This document shows, one piece after another, positions 16,980 to 24,356 of a DNA stretch of 24,356 bases (its first letter is position 1; each line of letters opens with the position of its first letter). The stretch spans positions 1-24,356 of the forward strand of contig JAWAQK010000006.1 of assembly GCA_038893995.1 (NCBI GenBank), in the 5' to 3' direction. This DNA is from Candidatus Thorarchaeota archaeon. Lineage in GTDB: Archaea > Asgardarchaeota > Thorarchaeia > Thorarchaeales > Thorarchaeaceae. The position numbers and the translations under genes were made by a program. The notes beneath the pieces are model-generated. The model was not told the DNA's origin. It saw only the letters and a program-made list of their open reading frames with translations, and made no database searches.

Positions 16980-18400
16980 ACATAGTCCAGGATCTGATCT
17001 CGGTTGTTGGCAAGGAATACGTATCAGACAGGCTGCCCGAACGATACGTCTACTCCTTCGATATGACTGAGAACGAACCAAGAGAGCCCGCTGCTGTGGT
17101 CATGCCCAGCACTGTTCGTGAGGTCCAGGAGATACTTCTGCTTGCAAACAGGACGAGAACCCCAGTGGTCCCCTTTGTCACCGGTCAGAATGTGGGCGGC
17201 CTGACTATCCCTCAAGTCGATGGCGCTGTTGTAATCGACCTCAAGAGGATGGACCGGATAGTGGAGGTCGACGAGGACGCCATGTATGCGGTCCTTGAAC
17301 CGGGTGTCACATTTGGCCACCTCCGAAGACATCTCGACCAATACCACCCCTTCCTGAGATACACCTATCCTCTAGCACCCCCGTACACATCGGTGATGGC
17401 AAATGCATTACTACAGGGCCTGTGTGACCTGTCGACGAGACAGGGAGCGATGGGCGACTTCATCAACGGGCTTGAGGCCGTGCTTCCCACGGGTGAGATA
17501 GTGCGGGTTGGCTCCGGCGTCATGGGCGACGGGAACTGGTTTGGCCGCTATCCCCTCCCTGACCTCGTGGGGCTATTCAGCGGGTGGCAGGGCATGACCG
17601 GTATTGTGACGAAGATCGCTGTGCAGCTCTGGCCGAAGCCACGTCATGTGGAACACGCTGCCCTCTTCACCTTTGGTGAACAAGAGACAACTGATCTCGT
17701 CAGTGCCATCGCCCGGACTCAGGTACTCGATGATGCGGACTGCATGTCGTTGTCAATCGCCAAGATGCTCTTGGGAGTAGCGGCCCCGGTAAAGGCGTTC
17801 CCTGGTGAACCGGACTATGCGACATTACTGACTGTCAGCGGAAACACCGCGTCGGAGGTCTCTGAGAAGATGAGTGTCGTCCGAGAGTGTGTCGAGCGGG
17901 CCAAGAGAGTCGAGCCAAGACAACTACTGGTGCCCTGGCGTGCCGTGAAGACCCTGATGGGCGAGCAGGCTGACTCGTGGGTAGACTTTCCCTCTGACGC
18001 CTTCAAGGTCCTGACAGAGTATGACGGGCTCACATGGGTCGGGACCTACATTCACCCACGTCAGTGGGCCGCAGCACTCCGGGGAGGTCGGGCGATAGTG
18101 GAGAGGTACGGATTTGAACTCATGGCCTTCCTCAAACCGATGAAGGGCATGCACTTCTCGGAGTTCAAGTTCATCATCCGCTTCCCCAAGGACCAGGCCA
18201 CCGTCGAGAGAGTGAGGCGCTGTAACGAAGAGATTCTTGACCTTGCTCTGTCGCTGGGGGCAATCCCGTATAAGACGCCAGTCTGGGCTGCGAAGAGACT
18301 CCAGTCCCTCATGGATCCTGGCTATGTTGCTCTTGTACGAAGAGTCCGGGACCTGCTCGATCCCAACCATATCATGAATCCGGGGAGGTGGGGTCTGTGA
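16976..18400 (+). CDS. FAD-linked oxidoreductase (FAD_binding_4 / GlcD, VAO-like family)
   Basis: Motifs PAAVVMPSTVREVQ, IDLKRMDRIVEVD, EPGVTF, GLEAVLPTGEI, GMTGIVTK and C-terminal LDPNHIMNPG. ATGA-coupled to the SCP2 gene. Confidence 0.9.
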   Translation: MNIVQDLISVVGKEYVSDRLPERYVYSFDMTENEPREPAAVVMPSTVREVQEILLLANRTRTPVVPFVTGQNVGGLTIPQVDGAVVIDLKRMDRIVEVDEDAMYAVLEPGVTFGHLRRHLDQYHPFLRYTYPLAPPYTSVMANALLQGLCDLSTRQGAMGDFINGLEAVLPTGEIVRVGSGVMGDGNWFGRYPLPDLVGLFSGWQGMTGIVTKIAVQLWPKPRHVEHAALFTFGEQETTDLVSAIARTQVLDDADCMSLSIAKMLLGVAAPVKAFPGEPDYATLLTVSGNTASEVSEKMSVVRECVERAKRVEPRQLLVPWRAVKTLMGEQADSWVDFPSDAFKVLTEYDGLTWVGTYIHPRQWAAALRGGRAIVERYGFELMAFLKPMKGMHFSEFKFIIRFPKDQATVERVRRCNEEILDLALSLGAIPYKTPVWAAKRLQSLMDPGYVALVRRVRDLLDPNHIMNPGRWGL

Positions 18401-19515
18401 AGGTCATTGAGGAGTGGTCACACAACTGCATCAGATGTGGCAACTGCAAGTACGCCTTCAGGCACTACTTCGACACTTGTCCGTCGGGCCACGTCTTTCG
18501 ATTCGAGAGTTACTTTGCCTCCGGAAGGGTTGCGTTGGCCCGTGCGCTGAACCAGGGCATTCTATCCCCCGACGTGTCACTCATGGACCCAGTGTTTCTC
18601 TGTACCACCTGCGGGAGCTGCGAGGTCCAGTGCCTCGCACCTCACCGTGCGCACATTGTGGAGATAATCGAGGAGTTGAGGCACGACCTAGTCACTGCAC
18701 TCGGCTCACACCCAGCACACGCTCGCATAGTGGAGAGCGTGCGGACCCACCACAACCCATACGGTGTCCCTCACGATTCGTATAGACTGCGAGAGTCATT
18801 TGGGCTACCTGACAGGGCAGACGTGGTGTACTTCATCGGCTGTACCTCCAGATACCGCGAGACTTCGATCCGCGATGCCACTGTCAGAGTGTTGAGAAAG
18901 TCCGGAGTCCGCTTCACTGTAGTCGATGAGTACTGCTGTGCATCACCACTGCTGCGTACAGGTCACCGCGAGCTGGCATTAGGACTTGCAAGACACAATG
19001 CGCACGTGATTCAAGAGGCTGACGCAAGGACTGTGGTGACCTCATGTGCGGGGTGTTACCGGGCCCTGACAAGAGACTATCCGCGTCTTGGTGTGGACCT
19101 TGGCGCTGAAGTTGTCCACTCGAGCCACCTGTTTGACGATCTACTTGAGGACGGCAGAATGAGCGTTCGGTCGCACGACGGGGTAGTGACATATCATGAC
19201 CCGTGTCATCTTGGGAGACACTGCGGCGTCTACGAGCCGCCTCGGAACGTGATCCGGAGGCTAGGGTTTGAGCTTGTGGAGATGCAGTCATCAAGAGAGA
19301 ATGCCTGGTGTTGCGGGGCCGGTGGCGGAGTGAAGGCCGCCTATCCCTCTTTTGCGCTGAGCACGGCTCACGAGAGGATCGCACAGGCCAGGAACACTGG
19401 TGTCGACACGCTAGTGTCAGCGTGTCCTTTCTGCAAGCGCAATCTTGCGGAGTCATCAGATGGCTCAATCACCGTGATTGATCTGGCCGAGTTGCTTGAC
19501 AGTGTGACCCTCTAG
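18397..19515 (+). CDS. Fe-S oxidoreductase, GlcF/HdrD-like (4Fe-4S dicluster plus two CCG domains)
   Basis: Motifs CIRCGNC...CP, CTTCGSCEVQC, YFIGC, EYCCASP, SCAGC, YHDPCHLGR, CCGAGGG and SACPFC. The GTG start overlaps the upstream TGA (GTGA). Confidence 0.92.
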   Translation: MKVIEEWSHNCIRCGNCKYAFRHYFDTCPSGHVFRFESYFASGRVALARALNQGILSPDVSLMDPVFLCTTCGSCEVQCLAPHRAHIVEIIEELRHDLVTALGSHPAHARIVESVRTHHNPYGVPHDSYRLRESFGLPDRADVVYFIGCTSRYRETSIRDATVRVLRKSGVRFTVVDEYCCASPLLRTGHRELALGLARHNAHVIQEADARTVVTSCAGCYRALTRDYPRLGVDLGAEVVHSSHLFDDLLEDGRMSVRSHDGVVTYHDPCHLGRHCGVYEPPRNVIRRLGFELVEMQSSRENAWCCGAGGGVKAAYPSFALSTAHERIAQARNTGVDTLVSACPFCKRNLAESSDGSITVIDLAELLDSVTL

Positions 19516-19754
19516 CTCGACACAATTCAGAGTCTGTGACCATGCGTCCTCTGCAGACATCGGTGATGAAGTCTCGTCGAATGGCATGTCATCTGTATGC
19601 TGGGTCAGATTCATGTGTCTGAGACCTCCAGAGTCGTGTTGGTAGCGTCGGAGTGCATAGTTACGCGACCCGATTCGTGTAGGAAAGTGGAACTAGAAAC
19701 AGTTATTATTGCACTGAAGCAACACTCAACAGAACACCGAGAACGGGGATTGTA

Positions 19755-20486
19755 TTGTCTGAAGACGAGGCGATCATGGTCAACGACGGTATCTATTGGG
19801 TGGGCTTCAGTGATGTCAAGGCCGGATTCTCGAACAATCCGTACCTGATTGTTGATGGCGATAGTGTGGTCCTGTTCGATCCCGGCTCTCGCAGACCTGA
19901 ACACTTTGGGGTCGTTAGGAGAAAGATAGAGTCTGTGGTTCCTGTAGAGAAGATCAACGTCATCGTGTGTTCTCACCAAGACCCAGACCTGTGTGCCTCT
20001 GTCCCCCTCTTCGAGGAGATAATCGGGGTTGACAACTTTGAGTTCATCACCACGTGGCGCACGTCGTTGCTGGTCCCGTACTACGACATCAAGACGGAGG
20101 TGACCACTGTCGAAGACGGCGATATTCTTGAGCTCGATAATGGCCGGAGTCTGATGTTCATCACCGCTCCGTACCTTCATTTTGCCGGTGCCCACGTCAC
20201 GTACGACATGAAATGTAAGACCCTGTTCTCCGGAGACATATGCGGTGCTTTCACGTCTAACTGGAAGATCTTTGCAGATGACGATTACATAGAGGCAATG
20301 CGGATCTTTCATGAGCCCTATATCGGGCACAAAGACATCATAGCTTCCTTTCTGAAGAAGGTTCAGAGGCTGGGGATCGAGATTGACATGATCTGTCCCC
20401 AACACGGTTCTGTCATCAGGAAAGACATGGTGCCAAAGGCTCTCCAGGCACTGGCTTCATTCGAGGTGGGATCATGGCTGATATAG
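19755..20486 (+). CDS. Stand-alone MBL-fold di-iron protein, ODP/FprA N-terminal-like
   Basis: Motifs GIYWVG, NPYLI, LFDPG, SHQDPDLC, APYLHFAG, LFSGDICG and ICPQHG. No flavodoxin domain. Confidence 0.88.
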   Translation: MSEDEAIMVNDGIYWVGFSDVKAGFSNNPYLIVDGDSVVLFDPGSRRPEHFGVVRRKIESVVPVEKINVIVCSHQDPDLCASVPLFEEIIGVDNFEFITTWRTSLLVPYYDIKTEVTTVEDGDILELDNGRSLMFITAPYLHFAGAHVTYDMKCKTLFSGDICGAFTSNWKIFADDDYIEAMRIFHEPYIGHKDIIASFLKKVQRLGIEIDMICPQHGSVIRKDMVPKALQALASFEVGSWLI

Positions 20487-20791
20487 ACCCTGACAGATTG
20501 AAGGCATTCGTGTCACTGGTGGTACAGAGAGGACTGGGGCTGTACGGACAGGATGAGATGGCCCGCATGTGCTACGAGTCTGGGATTGCCCTCACTGATA
20601 TGAACGAGGTCGATTGGCTCGACGGTAATCCCTATGACAACGTACAGCAGTTGCTAATCAGATATGGTTCTCGAAATCTTCCCGCAAAGATGACTGCCAT
20701 AATACTCGCGAGACAGCACAACATCCCGGTTCCAGAGGTGTTGTTGGAGAAGAGGCAGAAGAAACGACGCTGGACCTTCCGTAAGAGGTAG
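20474..20791 (+). CDS. Small hypothetical helical protein
   Basis: 105-aa ORF with SD GAGGTGG that overlaps the MBL gene end by 13 nt; basic C-terminus (KRQKKRRWTFRKR). Confidence 0.75.
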   Translation: MADIDPDRLKAFVSLVVQRGLGLYGQDEMARMCYESGIALTDMNEVDWLDGNPYDNVQQLLIRYGSRNLPAKMTAIILARQHNIPVPEVLLEKRQKKRRWTFRKR

Positions 20792-20820
20792 ACACTGCTG
20801 CCGGTAGAGGGGGCCGAAGA

Positions 20821-22047
20821 TTGTCTAGAACGGAGAAGGTACTTATCTTCGATGCATCAGGAGTCCCGCTGCTCTTCTTTGACTTTGAGAGCCACGAGAT
20901 GAGGGTCGACAAGGTACTGGTCACCGGCTTCCTGACCGCACTACAGGCCTTCAGCTCCGAACTGTTTGAGACGGCGGCCCCTCGCATAGGCATCGAGCTT
21001 GGTCAGAATGTCGTTACCATGATCCGTCGTGAGGACCTGATCTTAGCAGTCATTGGTCATCGGAAGTACCTGCACCTGGAACGTGAACTCACTCAGATGC
21101 TTGCGGAGATAGACCACCTGCTGCCCAGGAGTGGTCTTGTCCTCGAGGACCAGGCAATACTCGAACCAATTCGACGTAGGCTAATCAGGATCCTGTTCAA
21201 GATCCCCATCGCACAGGACTGGATCCCCGTCCCTGTAGAAGAATCGACCGCATTTGAGACGTGTCAGACCGAGTGCTCATGGTTGTCCGAGCTGGACGGT
21301 CACAGACGTATCGAGGATCTGAGAGTGTTCGGTGAAAAGCCCCGAGAGGAGATCTATACGATCCTCAATGCGCTCTATGTGGATGGTGCAGTCACTTTCA
21401 CCAACTTCATAGAAGACAGAGACTACATCATTGGTTCCGAGCAGGTCAAATGTCTGCTGGGCCGCGTAAGCACCGATCGTGACATGCTGTCGCTGAGTCA
21501 CCCAGATGTCGACATCGTCAGCGTGGTCAAAGACTTGGACGAGTTCGTTCTTGTCGGAGTCCTGCGGGAGAGGTACGGCGGGGGCGTGGTCTCCCTTCTC
21601 GAACACCTCTGGAGACTGGGCTACGTACAGATAGCAGACGAGGACACGCGTCGGTTGTTGATTGCCATTGACGTCTTCTCAATCTTCATTACGATCCTCC
21701 GGCAGCTCGTTGATGAGTCCAAGCTAATGTCGGAAGTACAACAGCTCATCAGAAGCACTGCCGACCATGATGTCCTCCAGAGATTGAAGCTCCTAGATAA
21801 CGAGATCGAGATCGAGAGGGGATTCTCATTACTCGAGTTTGAGAGCGTGACAGACCGGGAGTCTGCTATCACATCATGGGTGAACATCACACTGCGACTG
21901 ATCGACATCTACCTACCGAAACTCAAGGCACGACTCGTCCCAATGGTCTACGAGTATCTGATAGGACAGTATCTGCAGAGGTTTCATAACGAGGACCTCA
22001 GCATACTAAACCCGATACTATATCGACTGGAGCAAGATGCCCGGTAA
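20821..22047 (+). CDS. Longin-like domain protein with C-terminal winged-helix-like repeats
   Basis: The N-terminus VLIFDASGVPLLF...DKVLVTGFLTALQAFSSEL matches the Asgard longin pattern. LDGHRRIEDL...ILNALYVDGAV and LLEHLWRLGYVQI resemble winged-helix (wHTH) domains. Confidence 0.78.
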   Translation: MSRTEKVLIFDASGVPLLFFDFESHEMRVDKVLVTGFLTALQAFSSELFETAAPRIGIELGQNVVTMIRREDLILAVIGHRKYLHLERELTQMLAEIDHLLPRSGLVLEDQAILEPIRRRLIRILFKIPIAQDWIPVPVEESTAFETCQTECSWLSELDGHRRIEDLRVFGEKPREEIYTILNALYVDGAVTFTNFIEDRDYIIGSEQVKCLLGRVSTDRDMLSLSHPDVDIVSVVKDLDEFVLVGVLRERYGGGVVSLLEHLWRLGYVQIADEDTRRLLIAIDVFSIFITILRQLVDESKLMSEVQQLIRSTADHDVLQRLKLLDNEIEIERGFSLLEFESVTDRESAITSWVNITLRLIDIYLPKLKARLVPMVYEYLIGQYLQRFHNEDLSILNPILYRLEQDAR

Positions 22048-22210
22048 TGAACGCATCAGCCTGTGTTGGCCCAGCCACGCCTGCGGCTCCATATTCTAGA
22101 CCTCCCTGGAGCCATCGCGGACTACGCCTACCACCAGTCTGATCGAGCGGCAGTGACTCTGTCAACCGGCCGTCAGTCGAGTTCTCGCCGGAGCTAGTTG
22201 CCACAGACAT

Positions 22211-22224
22211 CAATGCTTATAAGA
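22211..22224 (+). promoter_or_regulatory. TATA-box promoter of the trpB2-2 leader transcript
   Basis: CAATGCTTATAAGA, with TTATAA at 22217-22222; homologous to 11411-11424. Confidence 0.72.
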
Positions 22225-22266
22225 GGCAACCCGCGGTCTCTCTCTGGACCTATCCCGAGGAGCGAC

Positions 22267-22486
22267 ACAGATGGTGCGAGTTGGTCTACGCCACTGTCAT
22301 TGGGGTCCGAGAGGACCCGTCTAGTCAGCTCACCATCTGTCGCCAGGACCAATTCTCATTCTGCCTCGCACATTCTGAGCTCTGGAGTAGTCTCCGGTCC
22401 AGACTCATTCTTCGCACCCAGTCTTGGGACTGGACATCCTGCGGACTCGGGAAGGACCCTCCCAGAACAGGAAGTGAAAATAAGAC
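22267..22486 (+). promoter_or_regulatory. Structured 5' leader / candidate attenuator of trpB2-2
   Basis: GAGA-loop hairpin 22303-22318; helices 22267-22276/22331-22340, 22327-22332/22376-22381 and 22376-22386/22398-22407, the last followed by TTCTTC. Confidence 0.65.
22271..22324 (+). CDS. Trp-containing leader peptide (uORF) of trpB2-2: MVRVGLRHCHWGPRGPV
   Basis: SD GAGGAG (22257-22262), ATG 22271, TGG at codon 11 and TAG 22322-22324. Same length and frame as 11469-11522. Confidence 0.72.
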   Translation: MVRVGLRHCHWGPRGPV

Positions 22487-23803
22487 ATGACCAGACCAAT
22501 ACGAGTTACACTTGGCATTGAAGACTTACCAAGAAGCTATGTGAATATCGTACCATACCTGAGGGAACCGCTTCCTCCCGCAGTTGACCCAGTGACATCC
22601 GAACCTGTCACTGTGGAGAGACTGTCTGCAGTATTCCCCACTGAGTGTGCGAGGCAGGAGTTGTGTACAGACCCGGAGATACCGATTCCAGAAGAACTCC
22701 GTGAGTCCTACATACAGATAGGTCGACCAACGCCCCTCCAGAGAGCAGTCCACCTCGAGCAGAAGCTCAGGACCCCGGCAAGGATCTATTTCAAGAGGGA
22801 AGACCTGTCTCCAACGGGGAGTCATAAGCTCAACACTGCTCTTGCACAGGCGTACTTTGCGCTGAAAGACGGTGCACAGCGCCTCACTGCAGAGACGGGA
22901 GCCGGACAATGGGGCTGTGCCGTCGCTCTTGCTGCATCACACTTTGGTCTTAGTGCCTCGATCTATATGGTGCGGACAAGCTTTGAGCAAAAGCCCTACA
23001 GGACATTCATGATGAGGATGTATGGTGCAGAAGTCATCCAGTCTCCATCGGAACTGACTGAGTCCGGCAAGAGGGTCCGTGCGAATTCCCCTGAACATCC
23101 CGGATCCATCGGCATTGCCATCAGCGAGGCCGTCGAAGACACGCTACACAGTCCTGGTACCAAGTACGCAAACGGTTCTGTGATGAACCACGTACTCCTT
23201 CACCAGACTGTCATAGGCCAGGAAGTGGTTCAACAACTGAGGAAGGTCGATGAGACGCCAGATGCAGTCGTGGGATGTGTGGGAGGCGGCAGCAACTTCG
23301 CAGGGATAAGCTATCCCATGATGGTCAGACCTGAATACAGAGATGTCAGCTTCATTGCGGTTGAACCTGATGCGTGCAATAAGATGACGAGAGGCGAGTA
23401 CCGGTATGACTTCATCGACTCAGCTGGTCTGCTCCCAAGGCTGAAGATGCACACACTCGGTGCAGACTTCACGCCAAGGCGAATACATGCGGGTGGACTC
23501 AGATATCACGGTGTGTCGCCCACGGTCAGCGTCCTCATCAATGAGCGACGAGTTCATCCCGTCGCCTATGACCAGGTGGCTGTCCTAGAGGCTGGCCGGC
23601 TCTTTGCCCAGACAGAGGGGATCGTCCCCGCTCCTGAGTCTTCCCACGCAATAAGAGCAGCCATTGACCTTGCGACTGCGGCTCGAAGAGATGACAGAGA
23701 GATGGTCATTGTCTTCAATCTCTCTGGTCATGGCCATTTTGACATGGGTGCCTATGGTATGCTCATGGATGGTGCACTGGCCATGCCCCCGCTCGCCGCA
23801 TGA
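22487..23803 (+). CDS. trpB2: Tryptophan synthase beta chain, TrpB2 type (copy 2, divergent)
   Basis: Motifs [39 protein letters not shown] and NLSGHGHFD; colinear with copy 1. Confidence 0.95.
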   Translation: MTRPIRVTLGIEDLPRSYVNIVPYLREPLPPAVDPVTSEPVTVERLSAVFPTECARQELCTDPEIPIPEELRESYIQIGRPTPLQRAVHLEQKLRTPARIYFKREDLSPTGSHKLNTALAQAYFALKDGAQRLTAETGAGQWGCAVALAASHFGLSASIYMVRTSFEQKPYRTFMMRMYGAEVIQSPSELTESGKRVRANSPEHPGSIGIAISEAVEDTLHSPGTKYANGSVMNHVLLHQTVIGQEVVQQLRKVDETPDAVVGCVGGGSNFAGISYPMMVRPEYRDVSFIAVEPDACNKMTRGEYRYDFIDSAGLLPRLKMHTLGADFTPRRIHAGGLRYHGVSPTVSVLINERRVHPVAYDQVAVLEAGRLFAQTEGIVPAPESSHAIRAAIDLATAARRDDREMVIVFNLSGHGHFDMGAYGMLMDGALAMPPLAA

Positions 23804-24067
23804 CGCAGTACCGGACCATTGAGAGTCCTGGTCCTTACTCGACACGCCGGGTCAGTAGCCGGGGCCGGAACTTGCTGTCTGCCACCAGTGATGAATGTAT
23901 GCAGCCACGATACCAAGACCTACTTCTGGCATGGCAGACAGCGCCTCTGATCACGGGTGGTCCCTCCCCGCATGCGACGGTGTCAGACGGCACGGAGCAT
24001 CCTACAGACTATTTGTCAGCCACATCTTAATATCTGGGGCGTGGGTGTTAGTGTTGGCGATCAGGGA

Positions 24068-24356
24068 ATGGAGAGACACAACATCCAGGCCATGCTCATC
24101 ATGGAGCGAGGCGGAATCCCTCTGTTCTTTGCAAAGCTGGACCCACGTGCGCAAGACCTAGACCCAATGCTTGTTGCGGGTTTCTTCACCGCTCTCAAGA
24201 ACTTCTCCAAGGAGGTAGTCGAGAAGAGCAGCGACATGTTTCAGGTCGACTATGGTGCCCGCCTCTTTACTGTCATCTCTGGTGACAATGTAGACATGGT
24301 CGTGGTTGGCATGGGTGAGTGGGACAACACACTTGACTCGGTCCTCAGGTCCCTCA
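24068..24356 (+). CDS. Partial CDS with an N-terminal longin-like domain (runs off the window end)
   Basis: Not in the ORF track. Manual translation MERHNIQAMLIMERGGIPLFFAKLDPRAQDLDPMLVAGFFTALKNFSKEVVEKSSDMFQVDYGARLFTVISGDNVDMVVVGMGEWDNTLDSVLRSL. Same G(I/V)PL..F / D..LV.GF..AL..FS.E pattern as the 20821 protein. Confidence 0.82.
   Translation, partial: MERHNIQAMLIMERGGIPLFFAKLDPRAQDLDPMLVAGFFTALKNFSKEVVEKSSDMFQVDYGARLFTVISGDNVDMVVVGMGEWDNTLDSVLRSL

Noticed and set aside
19597-19848. 83-aa ORF upstream of the MBL gene, and small ORFs at 23800-24161
   Set aside because: They overlap better-supported genes or promoter-like AT tracts and show no recognisable features.

Overview
Archaeal DNA, most likely from an Asgard archaeon (Thorarchaeia-like). 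This is inferred from a Rab-like small GTPase, two longin-like-domain genes, an Asgard-type CxxC...HGDH...VRG zinc-domain gene and GAGGTGA-type Shine-Dalgarno (SD) sites with TATA promoters. Gene content: a frameshifted membrane-anchored surface protein, an orphan sensor histidine kinase, an M29 aminopeptidase, GTP-dependent PEPCK, a Mo/W-bisPGD oxidoreductase with an inserted 2x[4Fe-4S] module, two stand-alone trpB2 paralogs, a ~1,090-aa GNAT protein, an SCP2/GlcD-like/GlcF-like operon and an ODP-like di-iron protein operon with a longin-domain gene. The main finding is not in the ORF track. Both trpB2 genes are preceded by a homologous ~250-nt leader: TATA box, SD, a 17-codon Trp-containing leader peptide (MVSVCLLHWYWGPRGPV and MVRVGLRHCHWGPRGPV), a 36-nt identical block and mutually exclusive RNA helices arranged like a bacterial trp attenuator. 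Copy 1 also has three phased TGTACA 'TRP boxes' next to its TATA box. Together these point to a candidate ribosome-mediated tryptophan attenuation system in an Asgard archaeon. All pairings were read by eye; no folding or database searches were run.
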